Source: Planctomycetota bacterium
GTDB lineage: Bacteria; Planctomycetota; UBA8108; SXIK01
Assembly (NCBI GenBank): GCA_965223265.1
Contig: OZ244999.1
Location: 4,384,001-4,448,000, forward strand
DNA: 64,000 bases
Direction: 5' to 3'
A program made the position numbers and the translations under genes. Below the pieces are notes generated by a model that did no database searches, was not told the origin of the DNA, and was given only the letters and a program-made list of their open reading frames with translations. This document shows positions 20,188 to 28,679 of this stretch, one piece after another. How positions within the stretch are numbered: the first letter of the stretch is position 1; every line of letters starts with the position of its first letter.

Positions 20188-21561
20188 ATGACCGAGTGGA
20201 ATCGACGAGACGTGCTCAAAACCGGAAGTACCGCGGCGTTCGCCCTCGGGGCGGCCTGCACGGCGCCATTCGCTCGCCTGCCGGCGATTCTCAGACCGGC
20301 ACTCCACGCCGGCGTCCTCGACAACTCGTCGAAGAAGTTCCTTTTCGTGTTCCAGCGCGGCGGGAACGACGGCGTCAACACGGTGATCCCGCGCGGAGAC
20401 ACCTCCTACAACCTCACGACTCGGCCGACGCTCCTGATCCCCGAAGCCGACGTGACCGCGGCAGGCACAGATCTGGGCAATGGCTTCGCGCAGCTCCATC
20501 CGCGCCTCGAGCCCATCATGGAAATCTACAACGCTTCGCACCTCAACGGTCAGGATGGGCCCGGGCAACTCGCGGTTCTGCACCGGATCGGCTACAGCGG
20601 TCAATCGCAGTCTCACTTCGACAGTCAACAGTTCTGGGAAAACGGCTTACCGGGGAATCCGGATCTCGAAGAGGGAATGATCTATCGTCACATCGAACAG
20701 ATCATTGACACCAGCGCGCAGCGCTTCAGCGCCGCCGCGATGACGACGTCCCAAATGGTCGCTCTGAAAGGCGCGACTCCACACCCAACCATTCCGGACG
20801 TCAACACCATGCGCTTCCGAGGCACTTCGGCTCGCGTCGACAAGTTTCTCGGATCGTTGCCAACCGACGAGCGCGGCCGCGGCCTCCTCGGTGTCTTTGG
20901 CGGCCCTAAGGATTTCGCGGCACAGCCATACCGCGGTCGGGTCTACGACACCGGACTCGCCCTCGTCGATGCCGTAACTACGGTCCAGGAAGCTCTTGCA
21001 CAAGGCACGTACGTCGCCGAAAACGGAGCGTCGTACCCGAACTCCACCTTTGGACGTCGACTGCGCGACGCGGCCATGCTGTTGAAGCGCACACCTGTGC
21101 GCATCCTTGGCGTCGAGATAGGCGGCTGGGACACGCATACGAATCAGGGAGGCTCCTACGGCAGTCACGCGAATCTGCTCGAGCAGATCGGGCAAGGTTT
21201 TCAGGCGCTTCATCGCGACCTCGCATCGCAGTGGGATCAACTCTGCGTGGCGACGATGACCGAGTTCGGACGCACCTCAGTTGAAAACGGTAGCTTCGGC
21301 ACCGACCACGCCTTTGCAACGACGATGTTCATCGCTGGAGGAGGCGTGCGTGGCGGCGTCTACAACTGCGACTCGACGACATGGTCGAGCGGAGACCTGT
21401 TCAGCCAAAACGAGCGATACGTCAGACACACGACCGATTTCCGTGCTGTCTTCGCCGAAATCTTTTCCTGGATGGGGAACACAAACCTGAGTGCAACGAT
21501 CCCCGGCTACGAAGCTCTTGAAGGGCGGGCCGACTTTCAGCCACTCGGATTCTTCGCGTAG
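20188..21561 (+). CDS. Tat-exported DUF1501 family protein
   Basis: NRRDVLK Tat motif; RGGNDG.N, SHF, GGWDTH, TEFGRT, GTDH, DFR; follows the DUF1800 gene. Confidence 0.9.
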   Translation: MTEWNRRDVLKTGSTAAFALGAACTAPFARLPAILRPALHAGVLDNSSKKFLFVFQRGGNDGVNTVIPRGDTSYNLTTRPTLLIPEADVTAAGTDLGNGFAQLHPRLEPIMEIYNASHLNGQDGPGQLAVLHRIGYSGQSQSHFDSQQFWENGLPGNPDLEEGMIYRHIEQIIDTSAQRFSAAAMTTSQMVALKGATPHPTIPDVNTMRFRGTSARVDKFLGSLPTDERGRGLLGVFGGPKDFAAQPYRGRVYDTGLALVDAVTTVQEALAQGTYVAENGASYPNSTFGRRLRDAAMLLKRTPVRILGVEIGGWDTHTNQGGSYGSHANLLEQIGQGFQALHRDLASQWDQLCVATMTEFGRTSVENGSFGTDHAFATTMFIAGGGVRGGVYNCDSTTWSSGDLFSQNERYVRHTTDFRAVFAEIFSWMGNTNLSATIPGYEALEGRADFQPLGFFA

Positions 21562-21644
21562 CAGCGACACCGACGCCGTGTCGACGCCGTCGGTAGCGGG
21601 ACAGGAGCAAGACCCCGCGTCGGCCCGGATCTCCGCGCTGGACC

Positions 21645-21975
21645 GGTGTGCGTTCGCGTAAGCGTGGGCGTCTGCCTGGCGTATGCGTCGATCTCTCCCC
21701 CGTCTCTGCCTCCCGTTCCCGCGTGCGTGGGGTGCGCGATTGCGATTGAGTGAGAGTTTGCGTGTGGGTGTGCGTGGGCGAGGGGGAACACGGCACGCCG
21801 TCAACCTCACCAAACGTGAGGGCCGCCGCGACGTCCTTCAACTGCCGATCGAACCTCAGGGAAAGGGTTTCTGAGCCCTTCCTGCGAAAACTTATGTAAC
21901 TGTCGGGTCTGACTCGGTATCTGCCTCTGCTTCCGTATCTGACTTCTGACTCTGTCTCTGGCTCCGCATCTGATT
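21645..21975. repeat. degenerate hexamer-periodic tracts
   Basis: GCGTNN run near 21650-21690, (T/G)GNG-rich run 21720-21780, TCTGNN run 21908-21975. Confidence 0.5.
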
Positions 21976-22101
21976 CCACCCCACAGTGAACGGTTTTTCG
22001 GAAGCTCCCGGAAAAGATGACGAAGCGTTGACATTTCCGCTTCATTTACGCTTGCACTTCGCCGATAGCATCATCAGCAATCAACTGAGAATCTTCTCTC
22101 G

Positions 22102-22148
22102 AGGCCAATCTGGCGTCCCCCTCTCCGCCAGGCTGGCCTTCTTTTTTT
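22102..22148 (+). terminator. rho-independent terminator
   Basis: AGGCCA..CTGGCG / CGCCAG..TGGCCT stem followed by TCTTTTTTT. Confidence 0.7.
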
Positions 22149-22288
22149 GGCGACGTCTCTCTCCACCGATCTCTCCACAAACATTCGCGGAAGTAGGAAG
22201 CGACGTACCCTCTGCGCTGCTCTATCATGGGAGGCAAGCCCCGTCCCAAGCTTCCCCGTCGATTGCAGTAGTGTGAGATGATCCTACG

Positions 22289-23737
22289 GTGAGCCTCCTA
22301 CGACTCTCTGGGTGTCGCTTCATCTTCGCCCAACACGTTGTCCTGGCGCTGGTATTGGTCACGGGGTGCGACGAATCCGTTCGCGTCGTTCGCCGCGGCG
22401 GCGGCACCGGCTCGAGTGAACCGCTCGTCGCCCTCGCGGTCACGCCGACCGCCGGCGACGTCGAAATCGGACCCAAGAGACGTTTCCAGGTGAGGCTATC
22501 GACTGAAGTCGATCCGACAACCGCCGACGACGCGATGATCCTCGCCGAGGCGTCGACCGGGGAACGCGTTGCCGGTAGCGTCGTGCTCCTCACACCAGCG
22601 AACCTGAATGAGGCACTGCTAGCGTTCGAGCCAGCTGCTGGAAAGCTGCGGGCCAACGCCAGGTATGAGCTGACGCTATCCCCAGATCTGATGAGCGACG
22701 ACGGCAGAGAGCTCGACCTGGAGGCAAGCGCGTCGATCGTGCCAACGACCTATCGCACGTTTCGGGTCGAACCAGCGCTCGACGGAACGATTCAGGCAGC
22801 GCCGACATCCTGTTCGGCAATGGAAGTGGTGTGGGAAGACGCGGTGGTCAGCGACAACAGTCCAGCCGAAGACATCACTTACCGCATCTTCGCCTCAGCT
22901 GACAGCGCCCAGTTCGACTTGGATCACCCGGCGCTCGAGACGGCAGCGGGCGTTCGCCGCACGTTCGTCGAAGGCCTCCAAGCCGACACGAACTATTTCG
23001 TCGCCATTGCCGCGGTCGACCCTCTTGGCAACGTGAGCTCTCTCTCGCCGCCGGCATCACTACGCACGCCGCCGCCCGATCGATGTGACCTCACACCCCC
23101 AACATTTGCTGGGGTGGAAGCAGTCAACGTGGACATTCTCCGCCCCGACACACTCGAAGTCTCTTGGGTTGCTGGGACCGACAACCAGACCGCTGCAAAC
23201 GACCTGCGCTACAACATCTTCGTCAGCGATCAGGCTGGATCAGCTGCTGGTAGCACCCCCTTCGCGCAATCAGGACCGGGGGCCACCAGCGCTGAGCTTG
23301 TCGGCGTTGCGACGGATACGACGCTGTTCGTCTCGGTGCGATCAGTGGATGCCGCGGGAAATCAGGACTCCAATAACGTCGAAATCGAAGTCCGCACACC
23401 TGCCAGCTTTCGTGGCGACGTCCAACCGATCTTGCGGCTTGCACCTCCGCAGGGAGGTGGCTGTACAGATGCTTTTTGCCACGCCGCCGCGACACGCTCA
23501 GGCGGCCTCAACCTCGAGAGCTACGACGGCCTCGTCGTCGAGGGCGGCAATACGCAAGCGCCTCGCACGATCATTCCGGGCGACAGCGTCGGAAGCTTCC
23601 TACTATGGCGAACGGACGAGACCAATCCGAGCTTTGTTCGCGACAGCTCTCGCATGCCACTCGGCAGTCCCCCACTCACACGCGTGCAGCTCTCCATCTT
23701 GGCGCGCTGGATCGACCAGGGCGCGTTCGACAACTGA
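22289..23737 (+). CDS. lipoprotein with Ig-like (Big_5) domain, 2 FN3 domains and a planctomycete cytochrome c (PSCyt1-like) domain
   Basis: Lipobox LVTGC; FN3 motifs (GLQADTNYFVAIAAVD..GN); SF..DVQPIL, CTDAFCH, GGLNL, PGDS..S.L, RMP, WIDQGA. Confidence 0.85.
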   Translation: MSLLRLSGCRFIFAQHVVLALVLVTGCDESVRVVRRGGGTGSSEPLVALAVTPTAGDVEIGPKRRFQVRLSTEVDPTTADDAMILAEASTGERVAGSVVLLTPANLNEALLAFEPAAGKLRANARYELTLSPDLMSDDGRELDLEASASIVPTTYRTFRVEPALDGTIQAAPTSCSAMEVVWEDAVVSDNSPAEDITYRIFASADSAQFDLDHPALETAAGVRRTFVEGLQADTNYFVAIAAVDPLGNVSSLSPPASLRTPPPDRCDLTPPTFAGVEAVNVDILRPDTLEVSWVAGTDNQTAANDLRYNIFVSDQAGSAAGSTPFAQSGPGATSAELVGVATDTTLFVSVRSVDAAGNQDSNNVEIEVRTPASFRGDVQPILRLAPPQGGGCTDAFCHAAATRSGGLNLESYDGLVVEGGNTQAPRTIIPGDSVGSFLLWRTDETNPSFVRDSSRMPLGSPPLTRVQLSILARWIDQGAFDN

Positions 23738-23889
23738 CCCGAGGCAGTGATCGCCACGCAGGTGGGGAACGAGCACCGGGTGCGCTGTTCAGCGTGGCGA
23801 CTTTAGAGATGACTTCTCCGACCGAATTCGAGTAAATGCCTCATAGCGTTAGGTTCCGCACTCATTCGATGATCGCTGGGAGAAAAGAG

Positions 23890-24459
23890 ATGTTCCAGAT
23901 GCGCCCCGCACTCGTCAGCATTTTCTTGGCTCTCGTTGTTACGACGTCGGTCCACGCCGCGCCGATGGAATTCGTGATCTTCCGGACGTCAGACCCGACC
24001 GACGAATTGGGTGTGTTCACCGTGGATCCGGATTTGGCGGCCCCGGCCGGGGTCAGCAGCGTGGCGATGAGCTCTCTCACATTCACGGAAGAAGTTTCAC
24101 CATTCGGCGAGCTCACGATCACATTGGGGGACATCGGGAACCCGGCAACCTTCCAGGCGATTTTCTCGGACGGGGAGATTTCGGAGATCACGGGTCTGGG
24201 ATCTGGCATGCTCCCCGGCGGGATCAGTTTCTTCCTCGACTTCACACCGAAGGGCGACCCGACGAATATCGATCTCGACGCGGTAGGGACGTTCGCTCTC
24301 GACGCCGGGGACGGGATGGTCATTGGGGATTCCGCGACCGGCTCGATCGGGATTCGTTTGTCAACAACACCCATTCCCGAACCCGGGACGTTCGCTCTCC
24401 TCACGGCAGGCCTGTCGCTCATCGGAGCGCGTCGCCTTCGACGCCATCCACGGGACTGA
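23890..24459 (+). CDS. PEP-CTERM sorting domain protein
   Basis: Signal peptide ending VHA; C-terminal IPEPGT + TM + RRLRR. Confidence 0.85.
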   Translation: MFQMRPALVSIFLALVVTTSVHAAPMEFVIFRTSDPTDELGVFTVDPDLAAPAGVSSVAMSSLTFTEEVSPFGELTITLGDIGNPATFQAIFSDGEISEITGLGSGMLPGGISFFLDFTPKGDPTNIDLDAVGTFALDAGDGMVIGDSATGSIGIRLSTTPIPEPGTFALLTAGLSLIGARRLRRHPRD

Positions 24460-24596
24460 GTTCGCAGGAAAGCTAACCTCAGGCGCCAAGCGACGCCGGC
24501 CACCGCTGACGCACTTTCGCCACCTTTTGCAAGCGTTCCGTTCTGATTCCGACTCGATTCACTTCACCTCGAGTTGCCGTAGCTACTAAAGTGAGG

Positions 24597-25508
24597 TTAG
24601 CAGCCCCCATCGCCGGGAATCAGATTGGTCAGCTGAATCAGGCCGCGCTTTACGGACGCTGTCCTATACAGAATGCTTCGAGCGCGACAGACCGTGAGCA
24701 AACTCTCAACGACCAACAATCCCGGGAGTAGCACCTTACGCCTGTGCGGCGAGACCTCCGTCCAAGCCGCACCTCTCACCTCGCGGTCGATCAGCCCGAG
24801 AACGTCGTCGACAACGAATTCTTCCTGCCCACAGAGCTGAACGATCGTCCGCACCGTCCCGCCCGTGCCGATCAGGACGCGATCGCGAAAGGCATGCAGG
24901 TCGAGGTGTTCTCGCAACACGCCGGCCGCGACCTGCCTCCCCTCCCGGACATATGCCAGGAGATCCTTGGTGTGCCGGATCTGGCAGTGAAGGCGAATCG
25001 CTCCCAGCGGCAGGCTGCTCTTACGGGTCGTGAACGGACTCAGAAACTCGACGACTTCGAGACTGCCTCCCCCAAGGTCGAAAAGCGTCGTCGGAAACGC
25101 GTCGATGCTTGACCGAAACCCAGTCTCGAGAAGAAAGGCCTCGATTCCCCCTTCGATGATATGAATCTTCAGCCCAACCTCTTCCCAAACGACACGCTGA
25201 AACACTTCCGCATTCTGCGCCTCCCGTAGCGCCGCCGTGCCGACGGCCGTCACCGTGTCGAACGCGATCTCAGGAAACTGTCGCTTGAGATCGCGAAGAA
25301 TCGACGTACAACGCGCGACCGTGCTGGGGCTAATGCGCGCATGCCGAAAGACATCGTAGCCGAGATCCCACGGAATCTTGATCTCGCGCTCGACGGCCCC
25401 GGCGTTTTCACCGCCGGCTGAGACCAGGTAGAATTTGATCGTCGTTGATCCGAACTCGAGAAACGCAGTTCTCGGAACAACCCCCTGAGTAGCGACCGGG
25501 ACTTCCAT
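24597..25508 (-). CDS. Ppx/GppA family phosphatase (short form)
   Basis: EFGSTTIK, GTAALREAQN, IIEG.IEA, FDLGGGSLE, SLPLGA, GTGGT; start reassigned to ATG 25508. Confidence 0.8.
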   Translation of the reverse strand: MEVPVATQGVVPRTAFLEFGSTTIKFYLVSAGGENAGAVEREIKIPWDLGYDVFRHARISPSTVARCTSILRDLKRQFPEIAFDTVTAVGTAALREAQNAEVFQRVVWEEVGLKIHIIEGGIEAFLLETGFRSSIDAFPTTLFDLGGGSLEVVEFLSPFTTRKSSLPLGAIRLHCQIRHTKDLLAYVREGRQVAAGVLREHLDLHAFRDRVLIGTGGTVRTIVQLCGQEEFVVDDVLGLIDREVRGAAWTEVSPHRRKVLLPGLLVVESLLTVCRARSILYRTASVKRGLIQLTNLIPGDGGC

Positions 25509-25790
25509 GTTGAATCGGATCAGATGTGGGTGAACGTGCGACGACGTCGCATTCGGCGTGACCGCCAGCAAAGTGGACTCAGAAGGTAGCATACCATCGT
25601 TACTGGAATCCGCACGTCGAGCCCCTCACACCGTGAACCGTGCCTGTCGAACTTAACCATAGCGACTCCATTCATCCTTTTACTCTCAGGTCACGCGACA
25701 AAACGTTCGCTCGACGTACAAGCCTCGCTGACGTCCTGCATCTTATCGCCCAAGTAGATCACGCCTGAATGTACGCTACGTAAAGATCAG

Positions 25791-28454
25791 ATGAAGACAG
25801 CACCCTCTCCGCGCCTCCGACTACTCAGCACAATCATGTGCTGCGCTGTCATAGGGAGCGGCTGCGAGGCCGAGAGGCCGCAAGAAGCAGACCGCATCGA
25901 AATCCTTACGGGGGACAACCAAACCGGCGCCCCCGGATCTTTCGTCGGGCAGCCTCTCCGAGTGCGAGTCCTTGGACCTCGGCGTGTCGACTTTCTCGGG
26001 CGCAAACGCGAACGCCAGCCAGCAACTGGCATCACGGTGAGGTTTCGCGTCCAAGGAGTGAAGGCGGCCGACAAAACTTCTCCGACGGCAGAATCAGAGG
26101 CTGACTCAGTAGGTTCGCAGGAGAAAACATCGATCGAGCCCTACCCTCTGCTCTTCGCGCGCGATTCGCAGCTGACGTCGTCGACGGTGCCACCGTCGCA
26201 GTCTCCACCCGGTCGCTCTCCGGGTGCCACGGAACTTCACGTGCCAACGGACGAAGCCGGCGTCGCGGCCGTCGACGTCAGGCTGGGAACGCAAAGCGGT
26301 GAGTGGCGCGTTGAGGCGAGAGTCCAGCGACGCCCGCGCAAAGACGACGACGTACACTTCCGAGTGACAAGTGGCGTCCAGAGTTCGCTTTCCGCTCTCG
26401 AAGGCCCGGTGGGATCTGACGTGCGATTCGAGATGCGTCTGCTGACCTGGGACGCGAACACAGGAAAAGCGGTGCCGCTGCCTGACCGCGAAGTGATGCT
26501 GAGTATCGTCGACGAACCGCGCGGCGCCGCGGGCACGGCAGAACTGAAGAATCGACGCGACGAGACCACGAATCAGGGCGAACGGCGTACGGAGATCACG
26601 CTTGGAGATCGTCCCGGACAGTATCGAATGCTGGCGGAAATCGCAGCAACGGACGCAGACGAACGCCAATGGCGAGGCATCGTCTATACGGTGGTGGCGA
26701 CGGATTGGCTTTGGATCGGAGTCCGCTTCATCGCCGCCGTCCTCGTCTTCGTCATCGGCATTCGCCTCCTCGGCAGCGGCACCCTCCTCCTCGTAGGCGG
26801 GTACAGCGATCGTCCGACCGAGACCTGGTCGAAGAGTCGACTCTCAGGGTTTGTCGGTGGAGCAGCCGCAGGCGTAACGTTTCAGTCCTCGTCTCTCGTC
26901 GTCTCCTACCTAGCGAGTCTGGCCAACAGCGGCCTTCTGAGGGCCCCGGCAGCGCTCAGCCTGATTCTGGGAGCGAACGTGAGTGCCACCCTTCTTTGCC
27001 AAATTCTCGCGCTCGACGTTTCGCTGTTGGCTGCGCCTTTTCTTATGGTCGGCACGCTCTTTTTTGTCGCGCGGCGACACTCTCGGTTCGAAGCCTGGGC
27101 GTGGGTGTGCGTCGGCCTCGGGCTCGTGCTTTTGAGCTGGAATCTTCTCGAGGACACGTACGCAACAGCCGCGCTCAGCAACAATCTTCGCACCGCCCTG
27201 CTTGCCGATGCTTCCTCCTTCGGAAGATTCTTTGTTCTCCTGGGCACCGCGCTCGGAGCAGGATTCCTACTGCGCACGTCCAATTTGCTCGTCGTCCTCG
27301 CCATGTTAGCCGTCGCCCACGAACTCCTGCCGTCAGACAATGCGGTCCCGCTCGTGTTGGGTGCAAACCTCGGGGCAGCGGTGATGGTGTACGTCCTGGT
27401 GCAAAGAAAACGCCTCGAAGCGCGGCGGCTGGCTCTGCTCAACCTCTTAGTCCACACGCTCACATGCGGTCTGCTGGTGATTCTCGGCCTCATAAAAGTC
27501 CGGGGGCACTCCCCGCTGTTGTGGTGTATCGAAGCCGTCGTTCCGGGACAGCTTCTCTCGCCGCTGCCAGGAAACACGGTGCAGCACGTTGCGATGGCGC
27601 ACACGCTCTACAACCTGTTTGCCGCGGTCCTCTTTCTTGCGACACCACGTCTACCCATACGCCTCGTCGATCGTCTGCTCCCGAACATCGCCAGCGACGA
27701 CGAGCTCAAACCGATCCACTTAGACGAGAGTTTGGTGAGCGTGCCGGCGCTCGCGCTCCGCCAGACAACGGCCGAAGTGACGTACCTCACTGAGGTGACA
27801 CGCAAAGCCGTCGCCGAAGCCTTCGATGCCTTTCGATATGACGATCTCGATCTAGCTCATCAAGTGGGACGACGGGAGGAGTTGATCTTCGACCTGTCCC
27901 GAAACGTTAGCCGTTATCTCGTGCTTGTCGGCGAGCGACAGCTCTCGCACCGCGACGCGACACGCCTGGAGATTCTTCAAAGTGCAACCGAGGCAGTCGC
28001 TCGCATCGCAACGTACGCCGACGCTCTCAGAGACCTCACAGCTCGCAAGATCGACGAAAAAGCCCACAGCAGCGAAGAGGTCGGACGCGATCTGAACGAA
28101 GTGTACGATCTCGTCGCCGCGCAGTTCGAGAACATTCTGACGCTCCTCAAGGAGCGCGATTTTCGCACCGAGGAAAGCGCGGTGAAGATGGTCGAGCGGC
28201 TCGCCAAGTATAGTAGCCGCATCGATGGTCATTGGCGGCAACGCGCCTCGGGCTCCGGTCAACAGAGAGCCGCACTTCCGGCGCCGGAGTCGTCCGCTGG
28301 CTCTGCTCCGGAGGCGGACGCCATGGTCTCGTTCACGGATCACGTCGAAAGTCTGGTCCATCAAGAGGCATTTCGCCTCCTCTTCTCGATCGCGGCGGAC
28401 CTGGCTCAGATCGCGCAGCGCATGCGCATCCTCGCCCCACAGCGCGGAGAGTGA
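25791..28454 (+). CDS. Na/Pi cotransporter (NptA/YjbB-like) with PhoU-like C-terminus and N-terminal lipoprotein Ig-like domains
   Basis: Lipobox-like IGSGC; GDNQ.G..G....PLRVRV Ig motif; FQSSS, LGANV, LGANLG, AMAHTLYN; helical PhoU-like tail. Confidence 0.85.
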   Translation: MKTAPSPRLRLLSTIMCCAVIGSGCEAERPQEADRIEILTGDNQTGAPGSFVGQPLRVRVLGPRRVDFLGRKRERQPATGITVRFRVQGVKAADKTSPTAESEADSVGSQEKTSIEPYPLLFARDSQLTSSTVPPSQSPPGRSPGATELHVPTDEAGVAAVDVRLGTQSGEWRVEARVQRRPRKDDDVHFRVTSGVQSSLSALEGPVGSDVRFEMRLLTWDANTGKAVPLPDREVMLSIVDEPRGAAGTAELKNRRDETTNQGERRTEITLGDRPGQYRMLAEIAATDADERQWRGIVYTVVATDWLWIGVRFIAAVLVFVIGIRLLGSGTLLLVGGYSDRPTETWSKSRLSGFVGGAAAGVTFQSSSLVVSYLASLANSGLLRAPAALSLILGANVSATLLCQILALDVSLLAAPFLMVGTLFFVARRHSRFEAWAWVCVGLGLVLLSWNLLEDTYATAALSNNLRTALLADASSFGRFFVLLGTALGAGFLLRTSNLLVVLAMLAVAHELLPSDNAVPLVLGANLGAAVMVYVLVQRKRLEARRLALLNLLVHTLTCGLLVILGLIKVRGHSPLLWCIEAVVPGQLLSPLPGNTVQHVAMAHTLYNLFAAVLFLATPRLPIRLVDRLLPNIASDDELKPIHLDESLVSVPALALRQTTAEVTYLTEVTRKAVAEAFDAFRYDDLDLAHQVGRREELIFDLSRNVSRYLVLVGERQLSHRDATRLEILQSATEAVARIATYADALRDLTARKIDEKAHSSEEVGRDLNEVYDLVAAQFENILTLLKERDFRTEESAVKMVERLAKYSSRIDGHWRQRASGSGQQRAALPAPESSAGSAPEADAMVSFTDHVESLVHQEAFRLLFSIAADLAQIAQRMRILAPQRGE

Positions 28455-28679
28455 CGGACGCGGCGCTTTTGGGGGTTTCACCGTCGCACGATCTTTCTGC
28501 TGCAGCGTCGGCTGAGAATGACCGAGGAAGTCTTCGGTGGCAGGCTGTGACGCGGGACTGAGACGGGACCGTGACGCAGGACTGGGGCTCGCACGCAGAG
28601 CAAGATTGCGCCCATGCCCCCGACGCCGCTAAAATCGCGCCTTTTCAACAGCACGAAGAGAACGAAGGATAGCGCAGCC

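Noticed and set aside
21422-22045. 207-aa minus-strand ORF
   Set aside because: Translation of low-complexity hexamer tracts; overlaps DUF1501; no recognisable domain
25509-25790. Possible Pho box between the ppx-like and Na/Pi genes
   Set aside because: No 11-bp-period CTGTCAT-like direct repeat found
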